The notes under the pieces: generated by a model
What the model saw: the letters and a program-made list of their open reading frames with translations, nothing else
What the model was told of the DNA's origin: nothing
The model's database searches: none
Shown: in pieces, positions 1 through 10,773 of the stretch
How the letters are laid out: each line of letters starts with the position of its first letter
How positions within the stretch are numbered: the first letter of the stretch is position 1
From: a bacterium
Lineage (GTDB): Bacteria > Margulisbacteria > WOR-1 > O2-12-FULL-45-9 > XYB2-FULL-48-7
Assembly: GCA_043812655.1 (NCBI GenBank)
Contig: JBDRLW010000022.1
Location: 1-57,389 of the forward strand
DNA: 57,389 nt
Reading direction: 5' to 3'
Translations under genes and position numbers: made by a program

Positions 1-699
1 AATATGGGCTGGGATTTCCACGCGGACCCGGCGATTGGGCAGAGGAAAATATTTTTTTTCGCCGCCGTTATTAGAGCAATAACCACTTTTCTCTATATAT
101 TGAACGGCAGATGGAGTAACAATAAAGGCCGATGGAAGACCAAATCGCAAATAAAACAACGCGTCCAAAAAAGATAATTCCATACAGGTGCCGCTCTTCC
201 AGGGTTGGCGCGCCATTAAATACCGGTTCAAAGAATTAACTATGCCTGTCGCATTGGGATTGTAAAACTCCATCCGGTTAAAAATAAGACCCCGCATTTT
301 TTTAAGCCACACCATAGGATTTGGTCCTACTGCCGGTAGTTGACCCCCAAAATTATTGGCAACTGCCTCAAACGCAGCGGCAACGGTAAGGACTTTCCCC
401 ATGTCTTTGATCCCTTCACAATAATGCACCATAGCAAAGGCCGCCACAAAGGTGCCAAATTCAGTCTCAAGTGTTAATATTGTTTCTGCCAGATCATCCG
501 CGTTATTTATATTGCTAATCCTATCTTGATAACTAGTAGAGATTACTTTAAAACGGTCAATAACAGGGAGAGATGAACTTCCAGGAAGACAACGCGGTTT
601 ATGGATTTCTAAGCCTCCACGCCAATAGCCTCCTCTTTGCATTAAAGAAGGTTTTCCTGCTAAATTTTGATGATATCCGATAGTTGTCATTTCCGGCAT
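1..699 (-). CDS. Orphan protein, 3'-truncated by the window edge, with a transglutaminase-like (SirB1-type) Cys motif
   Basis: Not in the ORF track. Read manually from ATG 699 (MPEMTTIGYHQNLAGK...) it stays open to position 1 and contains GTCMELSFLDALFYLRFGLPSAFIVTP, similar to the G-x-C...RLGLP motif of transglutaminase-like proteins. Confidence 0.7.
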   Translation of the reverse strand, partial: MPEMTTIGYHQNLAGKPSLMQRGGYWRGGLEIHKPRCLPGSSSLPVIDRFKVISTSYQDRISNINNADDLAETILTLETEFGTFVAAFAMVHYCEGIKDMGKVLTVAAAFEAVANNFGGQLPAVGPNPMVWLKKMRGLIFNRMEFYNPNATGIVNSLNRYLMARQPWKSGTCMELSFLDALFYLRFGLPSAFIVTPSAVQYIEKSGYCSNNGGEKKYFPLPNRRVRVEIPAHI

Positions 700-725
700 A
701 ATTTATACTTTTACCGTCCGAAAAG

Positions 726-753
726 TTATCGGCCTATAAAAAAATTAATTTCA
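726..753 (-). promoter_or_regulatory. sigma28/FliA-WhiG-like promoter TGAAATT-N13-GCCGATAA
   Basis: Perfect sigma28 -10 (GCCGATAA) with GAAA-N15 spacing; same spacing at four other gene starts. Confidence 0.65.
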
Positions 754-755
754 GG

Positions 756-1643
756 TTATTTAACTTTAGATTCGGCTTTAGTGGTCAAATCAAGCAGATA
801 GATCCCGCTGTCTTCAGTGGCTGTTTTACTATAGGTCACATTGGCCCCGTCAGGAGAAATCCGCGGTGTTTGGCCCTGGCAATTCGCCAATATCTCTGTC
901 GTAGTCGTGGCGGTCGTCGAAGTCTGGCAATAACTCCCGCCCGAAAAGCCATAAACCTCATTAGTATTGGCCGGTGAGATCTGCGGCAGGGTCACCGAAG
1001 CCGCCACAGGCAGGTCCTGGTTTCCAGTACCATCCGAATAGATCAAAGATAAAACCTTGTCGGCCCCTACATTATGGACATAGGCAATTCGCCCGGCATA
1101 CTTCCAGCTAACAGTCTCAAGATCGGCCACCGCTTTGATCAAGGTATCTACCCCGGCTAAAGTTATTGAACGGATTTCCGTGCTGGTGCAATAGACTAAA
1201 CTGTTCCCATCGGCCGCCCAGTCAAATGATCTTATACCGGAAGCAAAAGAAAGTTCCGTTACATTTAACCCTGAATGCGACGCTGTTCCTACATAGCGAA
1301 CAATGATCTTATTAAATAGGTCGCCATTTTTGCTGTCGAGATAAGCGACAAAATCACCGGTTGGAGAATAGCTCATATAATAAGGCGTGGTGTTGGTCAC
1401 ATCAGCCTTAAATGTTTCACTCGTTCCTGCCGTCGTCATCGTCGAGATCGATTGGGTGAAGCTTGACCCGGTTTGCGTCCCGATAATATCCTTATTTACG
1501 ACCTGAATCCCCTTAAGAAAAATGATCTCCCCGCCTCTATTGAAAGATGGGCTCGAGTAGTATAAGGTCGTTTCCTGCCTTTCGCCGCAGCCTGACAAAC
1601 AAACGACTAACAACAAACAACTAACGACTAACAACTTTTTCAT
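756..1643 (-). CDS. Lipoprotein with TolB-like/WD40 beta-propeller
   Basis: Signal MKKLLVVSCLLLVVCLSGC with lipobox; repeats YSPTG, WAADG, ISPDG; start reassigned to 1643, which follows an AAGGGG SD. Confidence 0.75.
   Translation of the reverse strand: MKKLLVVSCLLLVVCLSGCGERQETTLYYSSPSFNRGGEIIFLKGIQVVNKDIIGTQTGSSFTQSISTMTTAGTSETFKADVTNTTPYYMSYSPTGDFVAYLDSKNGDLFNKIIVRYVGTASHSGLNVTELSFASGIRSFDWAADGNSLVYCTSTEIRSITLAGVDTLIKAVADLETVSWKYAGRIAYVHNVGADKVLSLIYSDGTGNQDLPVAASVTLPQISPANTNEVYGFSGGSYCQTSTTATTTTEILANCQGQTPRISPDGANVTYSKTATEDSGIYLLDLTTKAESKVK
1599..1635. repeat. Heptamer array AC(T/A)AAC(A/G) x5 encoding the signal-peptide h-region
   Basis: acaaacg actaaca acaaaca actaacg actaaca. Confidence 0.75.
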
Positions 1644-1653
1644 CGTTTTCCCC

Positions 1654-4056
1654 TTACGCATACATCTGCGGCGGCTGGTCGCCAGGTAAATATTTGTGCT
1701 TTATTTCTGGGATCTTTTTCTTTGGCCCGTCAGCCAGGGCGATCGCCAAAACTTCTTCCATCTCTTTGACCAGGTGGAACTTCATGTCGGGCGGCAGCTC
1801 TTGCCTGATCTCATCCAGGTCTTTCTTGTTTTCACTTGGGATGACCACTTCTTTGATCCCCGCCCGATGGGCGGCGAGAAGTTTTTCTTTTAAGCCGCCG
1901 ATCGGAAAAACCTTGCCCCGCAAGGTTATTTCGCCGGTCATCGCGATATCGCGCCGGATCGGTTTGCCGGTAAAGGCCGAGGTCAAAGCAGTAGCGATCG
2001 TGATCCCAGCCGATGGGCCGTCTTTGGGGACCGCCCCTTCCGGCACATGGATATGGACGTCAAACTTCCGGTAAAAATTCTCATCAAGCCCAAGGTTGAC
2101 CGCGTGGGAGCGGACAAAGCTCATCGCCGCTTTGGCCGATTCCTGCATCACATCCCCTAATTGGCCGGTCAAGGTCAAATTACCGCGGCCCGGCATGATC
2201 GTCACTTCTACCGGTAAGGTATCTCCCCCGACTTCGGTCCAAGCCAGTCCCGTGGCTGTCCCAACCTGGTCGCTCTCTTCCGCGATGCCAAGCCGATACT
2301 TAGGCGCGCCCAGATATTCTTCCAGATCAATTGTTTTAACAATGAATTTTTTCTCGCTTTTTTCTTTGACGATCTTGGTCGCGATCTTGCGTAAGACAGT
2401 CGCAATTTCCCGTTCCAGGTTCCGGACCCCAGCTTCCCTGGTATAATCTTGGATCAGTTTTGTTAAAGCGCCTTCATCAAAAGTGACCCGTCCCTTTTTC
2501 AGCCCGTGCTTTTCCATTTCTCTCGGAACAAGATAACCTTTAGCAATACCCAACTTTTCGTCTTCCGTGTAACCTGACATATGGATGATCTCCATCCGGT
2601 CTTGGAGCGGCCGGGGGATCGGCTCCCTGGTATTGGCGGTCGTAATAAAAAAGACATCGGACAGGTCGAACGGGATCTCCATATAATGGTCGGAAAATTC
2701 TTTATTCATCTCTGGGTCAAGGACTTCAAGGAGCGCCGAAGCTGGGTCGCCCCTAAAATCATTGCCCAATTTATCAATTTCATCAAGCAAGAAGACCGGA
2801 TTGCTGACCCCCGCTTTGTGGATCGATTGGATTATCCGGCCGGGGAGCGAGCCGACATATGTCCGCCGATGCCCCCTGATCTCAGCCTCATCCCTTACTC
2901 CGCCAAAAGCGACGCGCGTGAACTTCCGCCCCATCGCCCGGGCAATTGACTTGGCGATCGAAGTTTTGCCCACTCCCGGAGGTCCGACCAGGCAAAGGAT
3001 CGTCCCTCCCATTTTCCCGGTCAATTGGAGGACGGCAAAATATTCAAGGATCCTTTCTTTGACTTTTTTTAGCCCATAATGGTCTTCGTCAAGTATTTTC
3101 TCAACTTCCGCTATGTCAAATTTTCTTTTAGTTTTTTTCTTCCACGGCAATTCAATTATCCAATCAAGATAGGTCCTGATCACTGTCGCCTCGGCAACCA
3201 TCGGCGGCATTTTGGACAGCCGCTCAAGCTCTTTTTGCGCCCGTTCTTTTATTTCGGCCGGTAATTTTGCCTTGTTAATTTTCTTCCGGTATTCGCCCAG
3301 TTCCGGCTGGTCCTCATCGACCTCTTCTCCCAGCTCCTCCTGGATCGCCCGCAATTTTTCTTTTAAATAATATTCTTTTTGGACCTTTTCGATCTGCTTT
3401 TTAACTTTGCCTTGCAGGTTTTTCTCGACACCCAGGACCTCGATCTCCTTGCTCAAGATGTCAGACAATTTAGCCAGCCTTTTTTCCACCGCCAAGGCTT
3501 CCAGGATCGCTTGTTTCTCGTCAACTTTAAGCGTTAAGTAAGAAGCGATAAGGTCGGCTAATTTCCCCGGGTTATCAACGTTAATGATCGACATCAAAGT
3601 TTCGGCGGGAATGCGGCGGTTAAGTTTTACGTATTCTTCAAATTGCTTAATGACGCTACGGACCTGCGCCTCAACTTCGGCGGAAAATTCTTCACTCTCC
3701 GGCACGCGGTTGATCGCCACCCGGTAATACGGGTTTTCTTGGGTGAATTTCTCGATCTTGACTCGGCCCAACCCTTCAACCAAAACCTTGGTCGTCCCGT
3801 CGGGAAGCGAGAGCATTTGGACGATCTCGGCCAGCGTCCCGACCGTGCAAATATCTCGGGTCCCCGGTTCTTCCATTTCCTCATTTTTCTGGGAAGCAAA
3901 GATCACCAATTTTTCTTTGTTCAAGGTTTCTTCAAGGGCTTTAACCGATTTGCTCCGGCCAATAAAGAGGGGAACGATCATTTGGGGAAAGACCACCATA
4001 TTCCGCAAGGGAATGAGCGGCAACTCTTCCTGCCTATTTGCTTGTTTTTCGGCCAT
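1654..4056 (-). CDS. lon: ATP-dependent Lon protease
   Basis: [14 protein letters not shown]-domain, Walker A GPPGVGKT, catalytic PKDGPSAG. Confidence 0.98.
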   Translation of the reverse strand: MAEKQANRQEELPLIPLRNMVVFPQMIVPLFIGRSKSVKALEETLNKEKLVIFASQKNEEMEEPGTRDICTVGTLAEIVQMLSLPDGTTKVLVEGLGRVKIEKFTQENPYYRVAINRVPESEEFSAEVEAQVRSVIKQFEEYVKLNRRIPAETLMSIINVDNPGKLADLIASYLTLKVDEKQAILEALAVEKRLAKLSDILSKEIEVLGVEKNLQGKVKKQIEKVQKEYYLKEKLRAIQEELGEEVDEDQPELGEYRKKINKAKLPAEIKERAQKELERLSKMPPMVAEATVIRTYLDWIIELPWKKKTKRKFDIAEVEKILDEDHYGLKKVKERILEYFAVLQLTGKMGGTILCLVGPPGVGKTSIAKSIARAMGRKFTRVAFGGVRDEAEIRGHRRTYVGSLPGRIIQSIHKAGVSNPVFLLDEIDKLGNDFRGDPASALLEVLDPEMNKEFSDHYMEIPFDLSDVFFITTANTREPIPRPLQDRMEIIHMSGYTEDEKLGIAKGYLVPREMEKHGLKKGRVTFDEGALTKLIQDYTREAGVRNLEREIATVLRKIATKIVKEKSEKKFIVKTIDLEEYLGAPKYRLGIAEESDQVGTATGLAWTEVGGDTLPVEVTIMPGRGNLTLTGQLGDVMQESAKAAMSFVRSHAVNLGLDENFYRKFDVHIHVPEGAVPKDGPSAGITIATALTSAFTGKPIRRDIAMTGEITLRGKVFPIGGLKEKLLAAHRAGIKEVVIPSENKKDLDEIRQELPPDMKFHLVKEMEEVLAIALADGPKKKIPEIKHKYLPGDQPPQMYA

Positions 4057-4677
4057 TTATTTTTTCTTGTCTGGGCCTTTTATCTTGATCGAAGAGATCA
4101 CTTCGTCAACCAAACCGTATTTCACCGCATCTTCCGCCCCCATAAAAAAGTCGCGGTCAGAATCTTTTTCGACTTTTGGGAGGGGCTGGCCGGTATGCTT
4201 GGCAATAATATTATTAAGTAATTTTTTCATCCGTAAAAGCTCTTGGGTTTGGATCTCAATATCTGTCGCTTGCCCTTGAGCGCCACCGAGCGGCTGGTGG
4301 ATCATGATCCTGGCGTTTGGCAAGGCGAACCGCCGACCCTTTTCACCGGCGGATAAAAGGACCGCGCCAAAAGAAGCCGCTTGGCCGATACAGATCGTCG
4401 AGATCGGGGTTGATAAGTATTGCATCGTATCATAGATCGCCAGCCCCGCAGTGACCACTCCCCCCGGGGAATTGATATACATGTATATATCCTTATTAGC
4501 GTCTTCCGACTGGAGAAATAATAATTGGGCAATAATAACATTGGCGATCTCATCTTCGATCACGCCGCCGACAAAAATGATCCGTTCTTTTAAGAGACGG
4601 GAATAGATATCATAGGCTCTCTCTCCCCTAGCCGATTGTTCCACTACCATCGGGATCAATTGCGCTTTATTCCTCAT
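4057..4677 (-). CDS. clpP: Clp protease proteolytic subunit
   Basis: [30 protein letters not shown]. Confidence 0.98.
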   Translation of the reverse strand: MRNKAQLIPMVVEQSARGERAYDIYSRLLKERIIFVGGVIEDEIANVIIAQLLFLQSEDANKDIYMYINSPGGVVTAGLAIYDTMQYLSTPISTICIGQAASFGAVLLSAGEKGRRFALPNARIMIHQPLGGAQGQATDIEIQTQELLRMKKLLNNIIAKHTGQPLPKVEKDSDRDFFMGAEDAVKYGLVDEVISSIKIKGPDKKK

Positions 4678-5683
4678 TTTTCTTCTCCTCCTCTTTAAGG
4701 CTCGCTTTTTCGACCAAAAGATCCAAGGCTTTCTTCCGGAGCAGGTATTCTTCCACGTATTTCTTCACGCTTTCTTCAAGTTTACCATCAAATTGTTTTA
4801 TTTCCGCTTCGATCTCTTCCGGTGAAACCATTAATTTTTCCGCTTCAGCCACCGCCCGCAAAACCACTTTCCCTTTTACCCTGATCTCGGCCGCCTTCTT
4901 CATCTCTTCCCTAACCTCTTTTTCTTCCCGCTTGGCCCCTTTGAGATAATCTTCAAGGGTCAAGCCGCTTTGCGCCAAGGAAGTTTTCAGTTCGTCTAAC
5001 ATTAGGTTGACTTCCCGCTCGACCATCGCGGCCGGGATCTCCACCTTGGCCTCATCCGATGCCGCGGCGATCAATTTATTCCTAAGGTCGCTTTCTGATT
5101 CCGCCTTCTTCTCGTTCTCGATCGCGGTCAAGACTTCTTGCTTTAATTCGGCCAGTGTCCCAAATTTGCTGACTTTTGTAGCGAATTCATCGTCCAGGGG
5201 GAGCAGATCTTTTTTCCCTTCGGCATTAACTACTGCTAACCGTTCCTGTAAATTGCCCAGCACTTTAAGGACTTCCGCTTCTTCAACCGCTATCGCTTTT
5301 TTGGTCGCTTTAAGCCCTTTATATTTTCCTAGTTTAATTTCCGGATAGACTTCAACCGTCACTTTATAAGTAAATGGCTTGTCTTTTTCCAGTTGAACAA
5401 TTTCAAGCTTAGGATAATCAACCGGTTCGATCTTTGTCTCTTCGATCAGCTTAGGATAATTTTCTCCGATCAGGTCTTCAGCCGCGTGGTTCGCGACATA
5501 TTCTGGATTGACAGCTTTTTCGATCATTTCGCGCGGGGCTTTGCCGGGGCGAAAACCGGGGACCTTGATCTCTTTGCCGACCTTTACCATGGCCTTTTCA
5601 AACGCGGCCTGGAAACTCGAATAATCTTCTTCAACTTCAAAGAAAAACTTGTTGCCTTCCCGCTTTTGTGATTTTATTTTCAT
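4667..5683 (-). CDS. tig: Trigger factor lacking the FKBP PPIase domain
   Basis: [10 protein letters not shown] ribosome-binding motif and C-terminal chaperone domain; only 338 aa. Confidence 0.93.
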   Translation of the reverse strand: MKIKSQKREGNKFFFEVEEDYSSFQAAFEKAMVKVGKEIKVPGFRPGKAPREMIEKAVNPEYVANHAAEDLIGENYPKLIEETKIEPVDYPKLEIVQLEKDKPFTYKVTVEVYPEIKLGKYKGLKATKKAIAVEEAEVLKVLGNLQERLAVVNAEGKKDLLPLDDEFATKVSKFGTLAELKQEVLTAIENEKKAESESDLRNKLIAAASDEAKVEIPAAMVEREVNLMLDELKTSLAQSGLTLEDYLKGAKREEKEVREEMKKAAEIRVKGKVVLRAVAEAEKLMVSPEEIEAEIKQFDGKLEESVKKYVEEYLLRKKALDLLVEKASLKEEEKKNEE

Positions 5684-5694
5684 AAGTGAGTTTC

Positions 5695-5743
5695 ATTATA
5701 CTAAATTCCCCTCTTTTGTGCAACGAGACGCGTGTGTTATAAT
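5695..5743. promoter_or_regulatory. Divergent sigma70 promoters for tig and pckG
   Basis: Minus strand TTGCAC-N17-TATAAT (5723-5695); plus strand TGTTATAAT extended -10 ending at 5743. Confidence 0.6.
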
Positions 5744-5752
5744 ATCTAAACT

Positions 5753-7531
5753 ATGACAAAACATAAAGGATTAGCTAAATGGGTCAAAGAATGCGCGGAG
5801 TTGTGTAAGCCTGATAAGGTCGTCTGGATCGACGGTTCCGAAACCGAAAAAAAACGCTTGGAAAAAGAAGCCTTTAAAACCGGGGAAATGATCGAACTGA
5901 ACCAAAAAAAACTTCCCGGCTGCTCTTACCATCGGACAGCTTTAAACGATGTCGCCCGGACCGAACATCTGACCTATATCTGCACCAAGAACAAACGCCA
6001 GGCTGGACCAACCAATAATTGGATGTCGCCGGAAGACGGTTACCAGCGGGCCGGAGCGATCTTTAAAAATTCTATGCGGGGCCGGACGATGTACGTGATC
6101 CCCTTTTCAATGGGACCGGTTGCTTCGCCCTTCAGTAAGATCGGCGTAGAGCTGACCGACAGCATTTACGTTGTCCTCAATATGCGCATAATGACCCGGA
6201 TGGGACAAGCCGTCCTTGACCACCTGGAAAAAACCAATGGGATATTCACAAAATGTTTACACGGTAAAGCTGATCTCGATGTCAACCGCCGGTTGATCCT
6301 TCACTTCCCCCAAGATAACGCGATCTGGAGCGTCGGTTCCGGTTATGGGGGCAATGTTCTTTTAGGTAAAAAATGCCTTTCATTGCGCCTTGGCAGTTAT
6401 ATTGGCGAAAAAGAAGGCTGGATGGCCGAGCATATGCTGATCATGGGGATCGAAGATCCTTCAGGCTATATCTCATACATCGCCGCCGCTTTCCCCAGTG
6501 CTTGCGGTAAAACTAATTTGGCGATGCTTTTGCCGCCCGCAGGTTTAAAGCGAAAAGGCTACCGGATCTGGACAGTTGGCGACGATATTGCCTGGATGAG
6601 GATTGATACCGATGGCAAACTTTGGGCAGTGAACCCGGAATACGGCCTTTTTGGTGTCGCCCCAGGGACAAATTCACAAACCAACTCTAACTTGATGGCC
6701 GCCATCCAGAAAAATACGATCTACACCAATGTCCTCCTAAAAAAAGATAAAACAGTCTGGTGGGAGGGCGGGGATGGTCCGGTTCCTAGCACTGGCATAG
6801 ACTGGAAAGGGAAATCTTGGCAACCAGGCCAGCTTGATGAAAACGGCAATCCGATCTTAGCCGCTCATCCCAACGCCCGGTTCACTGTCCCTATTAAGCA
6901 AGTCCCGTCCGTTACCAACCGGCTTGAACACCACCATGGCGTCCCGATCTCGGCCATCGTTTTTGGCGGGCGGAGAGCAAGGCTTGCTCCGCTGGTTTAC
7001 GAATCATTCAGCTGGCAGCACGGCGTATTCGTCGGCGCGACCATGGCTTCAGAACGGACCGCCGCCCAATTCGGCAAACAGGGCGAAGTCAGGCGCGATC
7101 CAATGGCGATGCTCCCCTTCTGCGGTTATAACATGGGCGATTATTTTAAACATTGGCTGAAGATGGGGAAAAAGATGGCCGCGCCTCCCAAAATTTTCAA
7201 CGTCAACTGGTTTAGGAAAGATAATGAAGGTAATTTTCTCTGGCCCGGGTTTGGCGAGAATTTACGGGTTTTGGAATGGATCATCAGCCGCTGCAAGAAC
7301 GAGATCGACGCGGTAAAAACCCCGATCGGTTTTGTTCCCCACGAGAATGATATTGACCTAACCGGCCTGCGGATCACCCGCGAACACCTGCGCAAACTTT
7401 TCACGATCGATAAGAATGATTGGCAGGCGGAAGCGTCCAGCGTCGCTGAATTTTTTAAGACTTTCGGTAAAGACTTGCCCAATGAACTCCACCACGAGTT
7501 AAAAGCACTGGAAAAAAGACTTCACCTCTGA
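5753..7531 (+). CDS. pckG: Phosphoenolpyruvate carboxykinase (GTP)
   Basis: GSGYGGN, FPSACGKTNLAM, VGDDIAW, DPMAMLPFCGYN. Confidence 0.97.
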   Translation: MTKHKGLAKWVKECAELCKPDKVVWIDGSETEKKRLEKEAFKTGEMIELNQKKLPGCSYHRTALNDVARTEHLTYICTKNKRQAGPTNNWMSPEDGYQRAGAIFKNSMRGRTMYVIPFSMGPVASPFSKIGVELTDSIYVVLNMRIMTRMGQAVLDHLEKTNGIFTKCLHGKADLDVNRRLILHFPQDNAIWSVGSGYGGNVLLGKKCLSLRLGSYIGEKEGWMAEHMLIMGIEDPSGYISYIAAAFPSACGKTNLAMLLPPAGLKRKGYRIWTVGDDIAWMRIDTDGKLWAVNPEYGLFGVAPGTNSQTNSNLMAAIQKNTIYTNVLLKKDKTVWWEGGDGPVPSTGIDWKGKSWQPGQLDENGNPILAAHPNARFTVPIKQVPSVTNRLEHHHGVPISAIVFGGRRARLAPLVYESFSWQHGVFVGATMASERTAAQFGKQGEVRRDPMAMLPFCGYNMGDYFKHWLKMGKKMAAPPKIFNVNWFRKDNEGNFLWPGFGENLRVLEWIISRCKNEIDAVKTPIGFVPHENDIDLTGLRITREHLRKLFTIDKNDWQAEASSVAEFFKTFGKDLPNELHHELKALEKRLHL

Positions 7532-7547
7532 TATGATGTTATTATAA

Positions 7548-7621
7548 CGCGGGGTGGAGCAGCCTGGTAGCTCGACAGGCTCATAACCTGTAGGTCGTGG
7601 GTTCAAATCCCACCCCCGCTA
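7548..7621 (+). tRNA. tRNA-fMet (CAT), initiator
   Basis: CGCGGGGTGGAGCAGCCTGGTAGCTCG..., anticodon loop CTCATAA, C1:T72 mismatch; CCA not encoded. Confidence 0.95.
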
Positions 7622-7645
7622 CTTTTTTTGAGGTATAATGGTTTT

Positions 7646-8989
7646 ATGGTAGATCTATCCTTTCAAACTAATCTTACCCAAACTCTTGAGCTTTACCTCT
7701 CTCCCCGCATGCTCCAAATGTTGAAGATCTTGAGCCTCCCCTACCTTGAAGTTATCGACCAGATCTCCAAAGAAGCCGAAGAAAATGTCGCTCTTGAGGT
7801 CGAACGGCGGGATGAATATGTAGAATTCCTCCGCTACATCACCTCCGATAATAAGATCAGGAAAGAAGCCGATTTTTCTGACATGCCAGGCCTGGAAAAC
7901 TGTAAAAGCGAAGCCAAAAGCCTGGATGAATATCTTTTAGAACAGCTTGAGCGCGAAGACCTCGAAGAAAACCACAAAAATATCGCCACCGAAATTATCG
8001 GGAATATTGATGACCATGGTTATCTTCTAGCCTACCCCCGCCTCAGGGATAAGATCATGGCCAAATTCGACGTTTCCCGGCCAACGGTCGATAAGATCCT
8101 TAAGCTCGTCCAAACGTTTGAACCCGAAGGGGTTGGCGCCAGGGACGTAAAAGAATGCCTCTTGATCCAGATCGCTAACCACGATTTTGAAAATCGTGAA
8201 TTGGAGGCGATCCTGACCCAAACCGTCGAAAAACATTTGGGCGACCTAGAAAAAAAAGATCATGCCAAAATTTCCGCCGCCCTTGGCCTCCCAGAAAGCG
8301 GCGTTAAGGAGATCGCTGATTTCATCAAAAACAATCTTAATCCCTACCCCGGCGCCGGGTTTGGCGGTGACGCTTGCCACATCATCCCTTCTTTTGCGGT
8401 TGAAGAGACCGATACCGGCTTCAAATTCGTTAACCTGGAAACTAGATATGGGCCGATCATCAATCTTTCGGCTCATTATTTAAGGATGTTGGAAGACCCC
8501 AAGACCGACGCTAAAACTAAAGAGTTCTTAAAGGAAAAAGTTAAGCGGGCCCGCGACCTGATCAAGGACTATAAAAAAAGAAGTGAAACTTTAGAAAAGA
8601 TCGCTCGAAAGATAATCGAAGGCCAAAAGGAATTCTTGGAAAAAGGGCCAACCTGGCTGGTCCCTTTATCACAGAAATCTTTAGCCGAGGAATTTGGCCT
8701 GCACGCGTCAACCATTTCCAGGACAGTGGCCAGTAAATTCGTCCAGACGCCGCAGGGGCTGTTCCCATTAAAATATCTTTGCCCCCGGGGGCCGAAAGGT
8801 GTAACGACGGCAAGATTAAAAGTCATGATCAAAGAAATTATTGATAACGAAAATAAAGCGGAGCCCCTGACCGATGAGCAGATCACGAAATTGATGAACG
8901 ACCGGGGGATCGCGATCGACCGGAGGACAACCGCCCATTATCGTAAAGGGATGGATCTTGGTACCGCGCTTGATCGGGCTCAATCATGA
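7646..8989 (+). CDS. rpoN: RNA polymerase sigma-54 factor
   Basis: EPEGVGARDVKECLLIQ, LHASTISRTV HTH, RpoN box variant DRRTTAHYR; start moved to ATG 7646, 6 nt after TATAAT. Confidence 0.93.
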   Translation: MVDLSFQTNLTQTLELYLSPRMLQMLKILSLPYLEVIDQISKEAEENVALEVERRDEYVEFLRYITSDNKIRKEADFSDMPGLENCKSEAKSLDEYLLEQLEREDLEENHKNIATEIIGNIDDHGYLLAYPRLRDKIMAKFDVSRPTVDKILKLVQTFEPEGVGARDVKECLLIQIANHDFENRELEAILTQTVEKHLGDLEKKDHAKISAALGLPESGVKEIADFIKNNLNPYPGAGFGGDACHIIPSFAVEETDTGFKFVNLETRYGPIINLSAHYLRMLEDPKTDAKTKEFLKEKVKRARDLIKDYKKRSETLEKIARKIIEGQKEFLEKGPTWLVPLSQKSLAEEFGLHASTISRTVASKFVQTPQGLFPLKYLCPRGPKGVTTARLKVMIKEIIDNENKAEPLTDEQITKLMNDRGIAIDRRTTAHYRKGMDLGTALDRAQS

Positions 8990-10323
8990 CGACCATTAAA
9001 CCAAACATCTTAGTTGTTGACGACGAACAGAGCTTGCGCGATTCCATGCAAATGCTCCTGGAAGAACGTTACCAGGTTTTTTTGGCCGGAAGCGGCAAAG
9101 AAGCGATCAATGTCATCAAAAAAAACCGGATCGATCTAGTCTTGCTTGATATCATGCTCCCGGAAATTAGCGGCCTCGAAGTACTAAAGATCATTAAAAG
9201 CCTTGACGACTCGATCGAAGTCATTATGGTTACTGCCGTTATTACCGTTGGTAAAGCGGTTGAAGCGATCCGCAGCGGCGCCTACGATTACATCACCAAG
9301 CCCTTTGATATCCAAGCCTTAAGCGAACAAGTCGAAAAAGTCATTGAAAAGCGAGCGGTTTACAAGGAAAATCTTTCCCTCCGCCAATTAATTGAATCCG
9401 ATTATCAATACGAAAAGATCATCGGCAAAAGCTCCGCTATCAGGGAGATCTTTAAAACGATCGAAACTGTGGCCAAAAATAATTCGACCGTCCTGGTCAC
9501 CGGCGAATCAGGGACCGGCAAGGAACTGGTCGCCCGGGCCATCCATAACCGGAGTCCCCGCCAAGAAAAACTTTTTGTCGCCGTTAATTGCGCCGCTATT
9601 CCTGAAAATCTTTTGGAGTCTGAATTGTTCGGCCACGAAAAAGGTTCTTTTACCGGAGCGATCGGCCGGCAGATCGGGAAATTCGAGATCGCCAGCGGCG
9701 GCACTCTTTTTCTTGATGAGGTTGGCAGCCTCCCCTTGCCGATGCAAGCCAAGCTCCTGCGCGCGATCCAAGAAAAAGAGATCGAGCGGGTCGGCGGCAA
9801 CCGGCCGATCCCGATCGATGTCCGGATCATTTCAGCCACCAATTCCGATCTGCGCTCTGTAAAGTTCCGCTCCGACCTTTATTATCGCTTAAACGTTATT
9901 CCGATCCACCTCCCTCCATTGCGCGAACGGAAAGAAGACATTCCGCTCTTGGTTTCTCACTTTATCAATAAATATAACCATGAATTCGGCAAAAAAATTA
10001 AAGGGTTTAAAAAAGAAGTCTTGGCTCTCTTGGCAAATTACAACTGGCCGGGAAATGTCCGTGAGTTAGAGAATCTGGTCGAACGCCTGATCGTTTTGAC
10101 CAAAGATGGTTTTATCGGCGCCGAAAAAGTCCCGGCCGAGATCAAAGGCGAGCCGGAAACCATTAAAACAACCAGAAAATTATCCCAGGCCGTAAAGCAT
10201 TTTGAGGTCGATTTTATCAGGCGGGCCCTAGAAAAGGAAGGGGGAAATAAAAATAAGGCGGCCAAAAGCCTTGGCATCCACCGCAATACCCTCCGCTACC
10301 TCGAAAAAAAGCACAAAATTTAG
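8986..10323 (+). CDS. NtrC/AtoC-family sigma54 response regulator (REC-AAA+-HTH)
   Basis: VVDDE, LLD, GESGTGKE, ESELFGHEKGSFTGA, FLDE, WPGNVREL, Fis-type HTH. Confidence 0.95.
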   Translation: MTTIKPNILVVDDEQSLRDSMQMLLEERYQVFLAGSGKEAINVIKKNRIDLVLLDIMLPEISGLEVLKIIKSLDDSIEVIMVTAVITVGKAVEAIRSGAYDYITKPFDIQALSEQVEKVIEKRAVYKENLSLRQLIESDYQYEKIIGKSSAIREIFKTIETVAKNNSTVLVTGESGTGKELVARAIHNRSPRQEKLFVAVNCAAIPENLLESELFGHEKGSFTGAIGRQIGKFEIASGGTLFLDEVGSLPLPMQAKLLRAIQEKEIERVGGNRPIPIDVRIISATNSDLRSVKFRSDLYYRLNVIPIHLPPLRERKEDIPLLVSHFINKYNHEFGKKIKGFKKEVLALLANYNWPGNVRELENLVERLIVLTKDGFIGAEKVPAEIKGEPETIKTTRKLSQAVKHFEVDFIRRALEKEGGNKNKAAKSLGIHRNTLRYLEKKHKI

Positions 10324-10360
10324 TGCACCACCTCCCTCTTTTTGCCCAAGTATTTGTGCA
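10310..10360. promoter_or_regulatory. Two palindromic GC(A/C)C-N8-GTGC sites, putative bEBP enhancer
   Basis: agcac-aaaattta-gtgca (10310-10327) and tgccc-aagtattt-gtgca (10343-10360), 33 bp apart, upstream of a sigma54 promoter. Confidence 0.5.
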
Positions 10361-10378
10361 ATTTCATTTTTCTCCTGT

Positions 10379-10394
10379 TGGCAATTGATTTGCT
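10379..10394 (+). promoter_or_regulatory. sigma54 -24/-12 promoter
   Basis: TGGCAATTGATTTGCT matches TGGCAC-N5-TTGCW spacing; directly downstream of rpoN and the NtrC-like gene. Confidence 0.75.
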
Positions 10395-10437
10395 TAATAA
10401 GATTGTGTTGTATTGTTAACACTGGAGGTAAAATATC

Positions 10438-10773
10438 ATGAAAACAGAGATCAGGAAAAAAGAATGGGCTCCAACCAAGGATTTCCTCCCTTTGATCCTA
10501 GGCCAAGAGAATAAAGACCCCGCTGATAAACAATCCCTGGCCAAGATCGACCTTTTTGAAAAAGGTTTAGCCAAAGAGATCAAAAAAGACGATTCCATCG
10601 AACAAGCCATAACCAAAATGGTTAAAATGGCTTTAGCCGCGGAATTTGGCGCATCGCTCGTCACCGCTAAGGGAGCCGCCGGCATGGTCACCACTATCAC
10701 TCAAGCGATCATGTGCGATCCGGTTTTGCGCAAACAGGCGCTGATGATCATCGATCGTTTTACCAATGCCTAA
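10438..10773 (+). CDS. Hypothetical small helical protein
   Basis: GGAGG SD, 111 aa, overlaps the start of the next gene. Confidence 0.8.
   Translation: MKTEIRKKEWAPTKDFLPLILGQENKDPADKQSLAKIDLFEKGLAKEIKKDDSIEQAITKMVKMALAAEFGASLVTAKGAAGMVTTITQAIMCDPVLRKQALMIIDRFTNA

Noticed and set aside
10339..10366. Sixth TGAAATT motif copy (minus strand), and another near 25703-25709
   Set aside because: The -10 position reads GGCAAAAA and GGTTTAGT respectively; poor match, and both lie within other elements.
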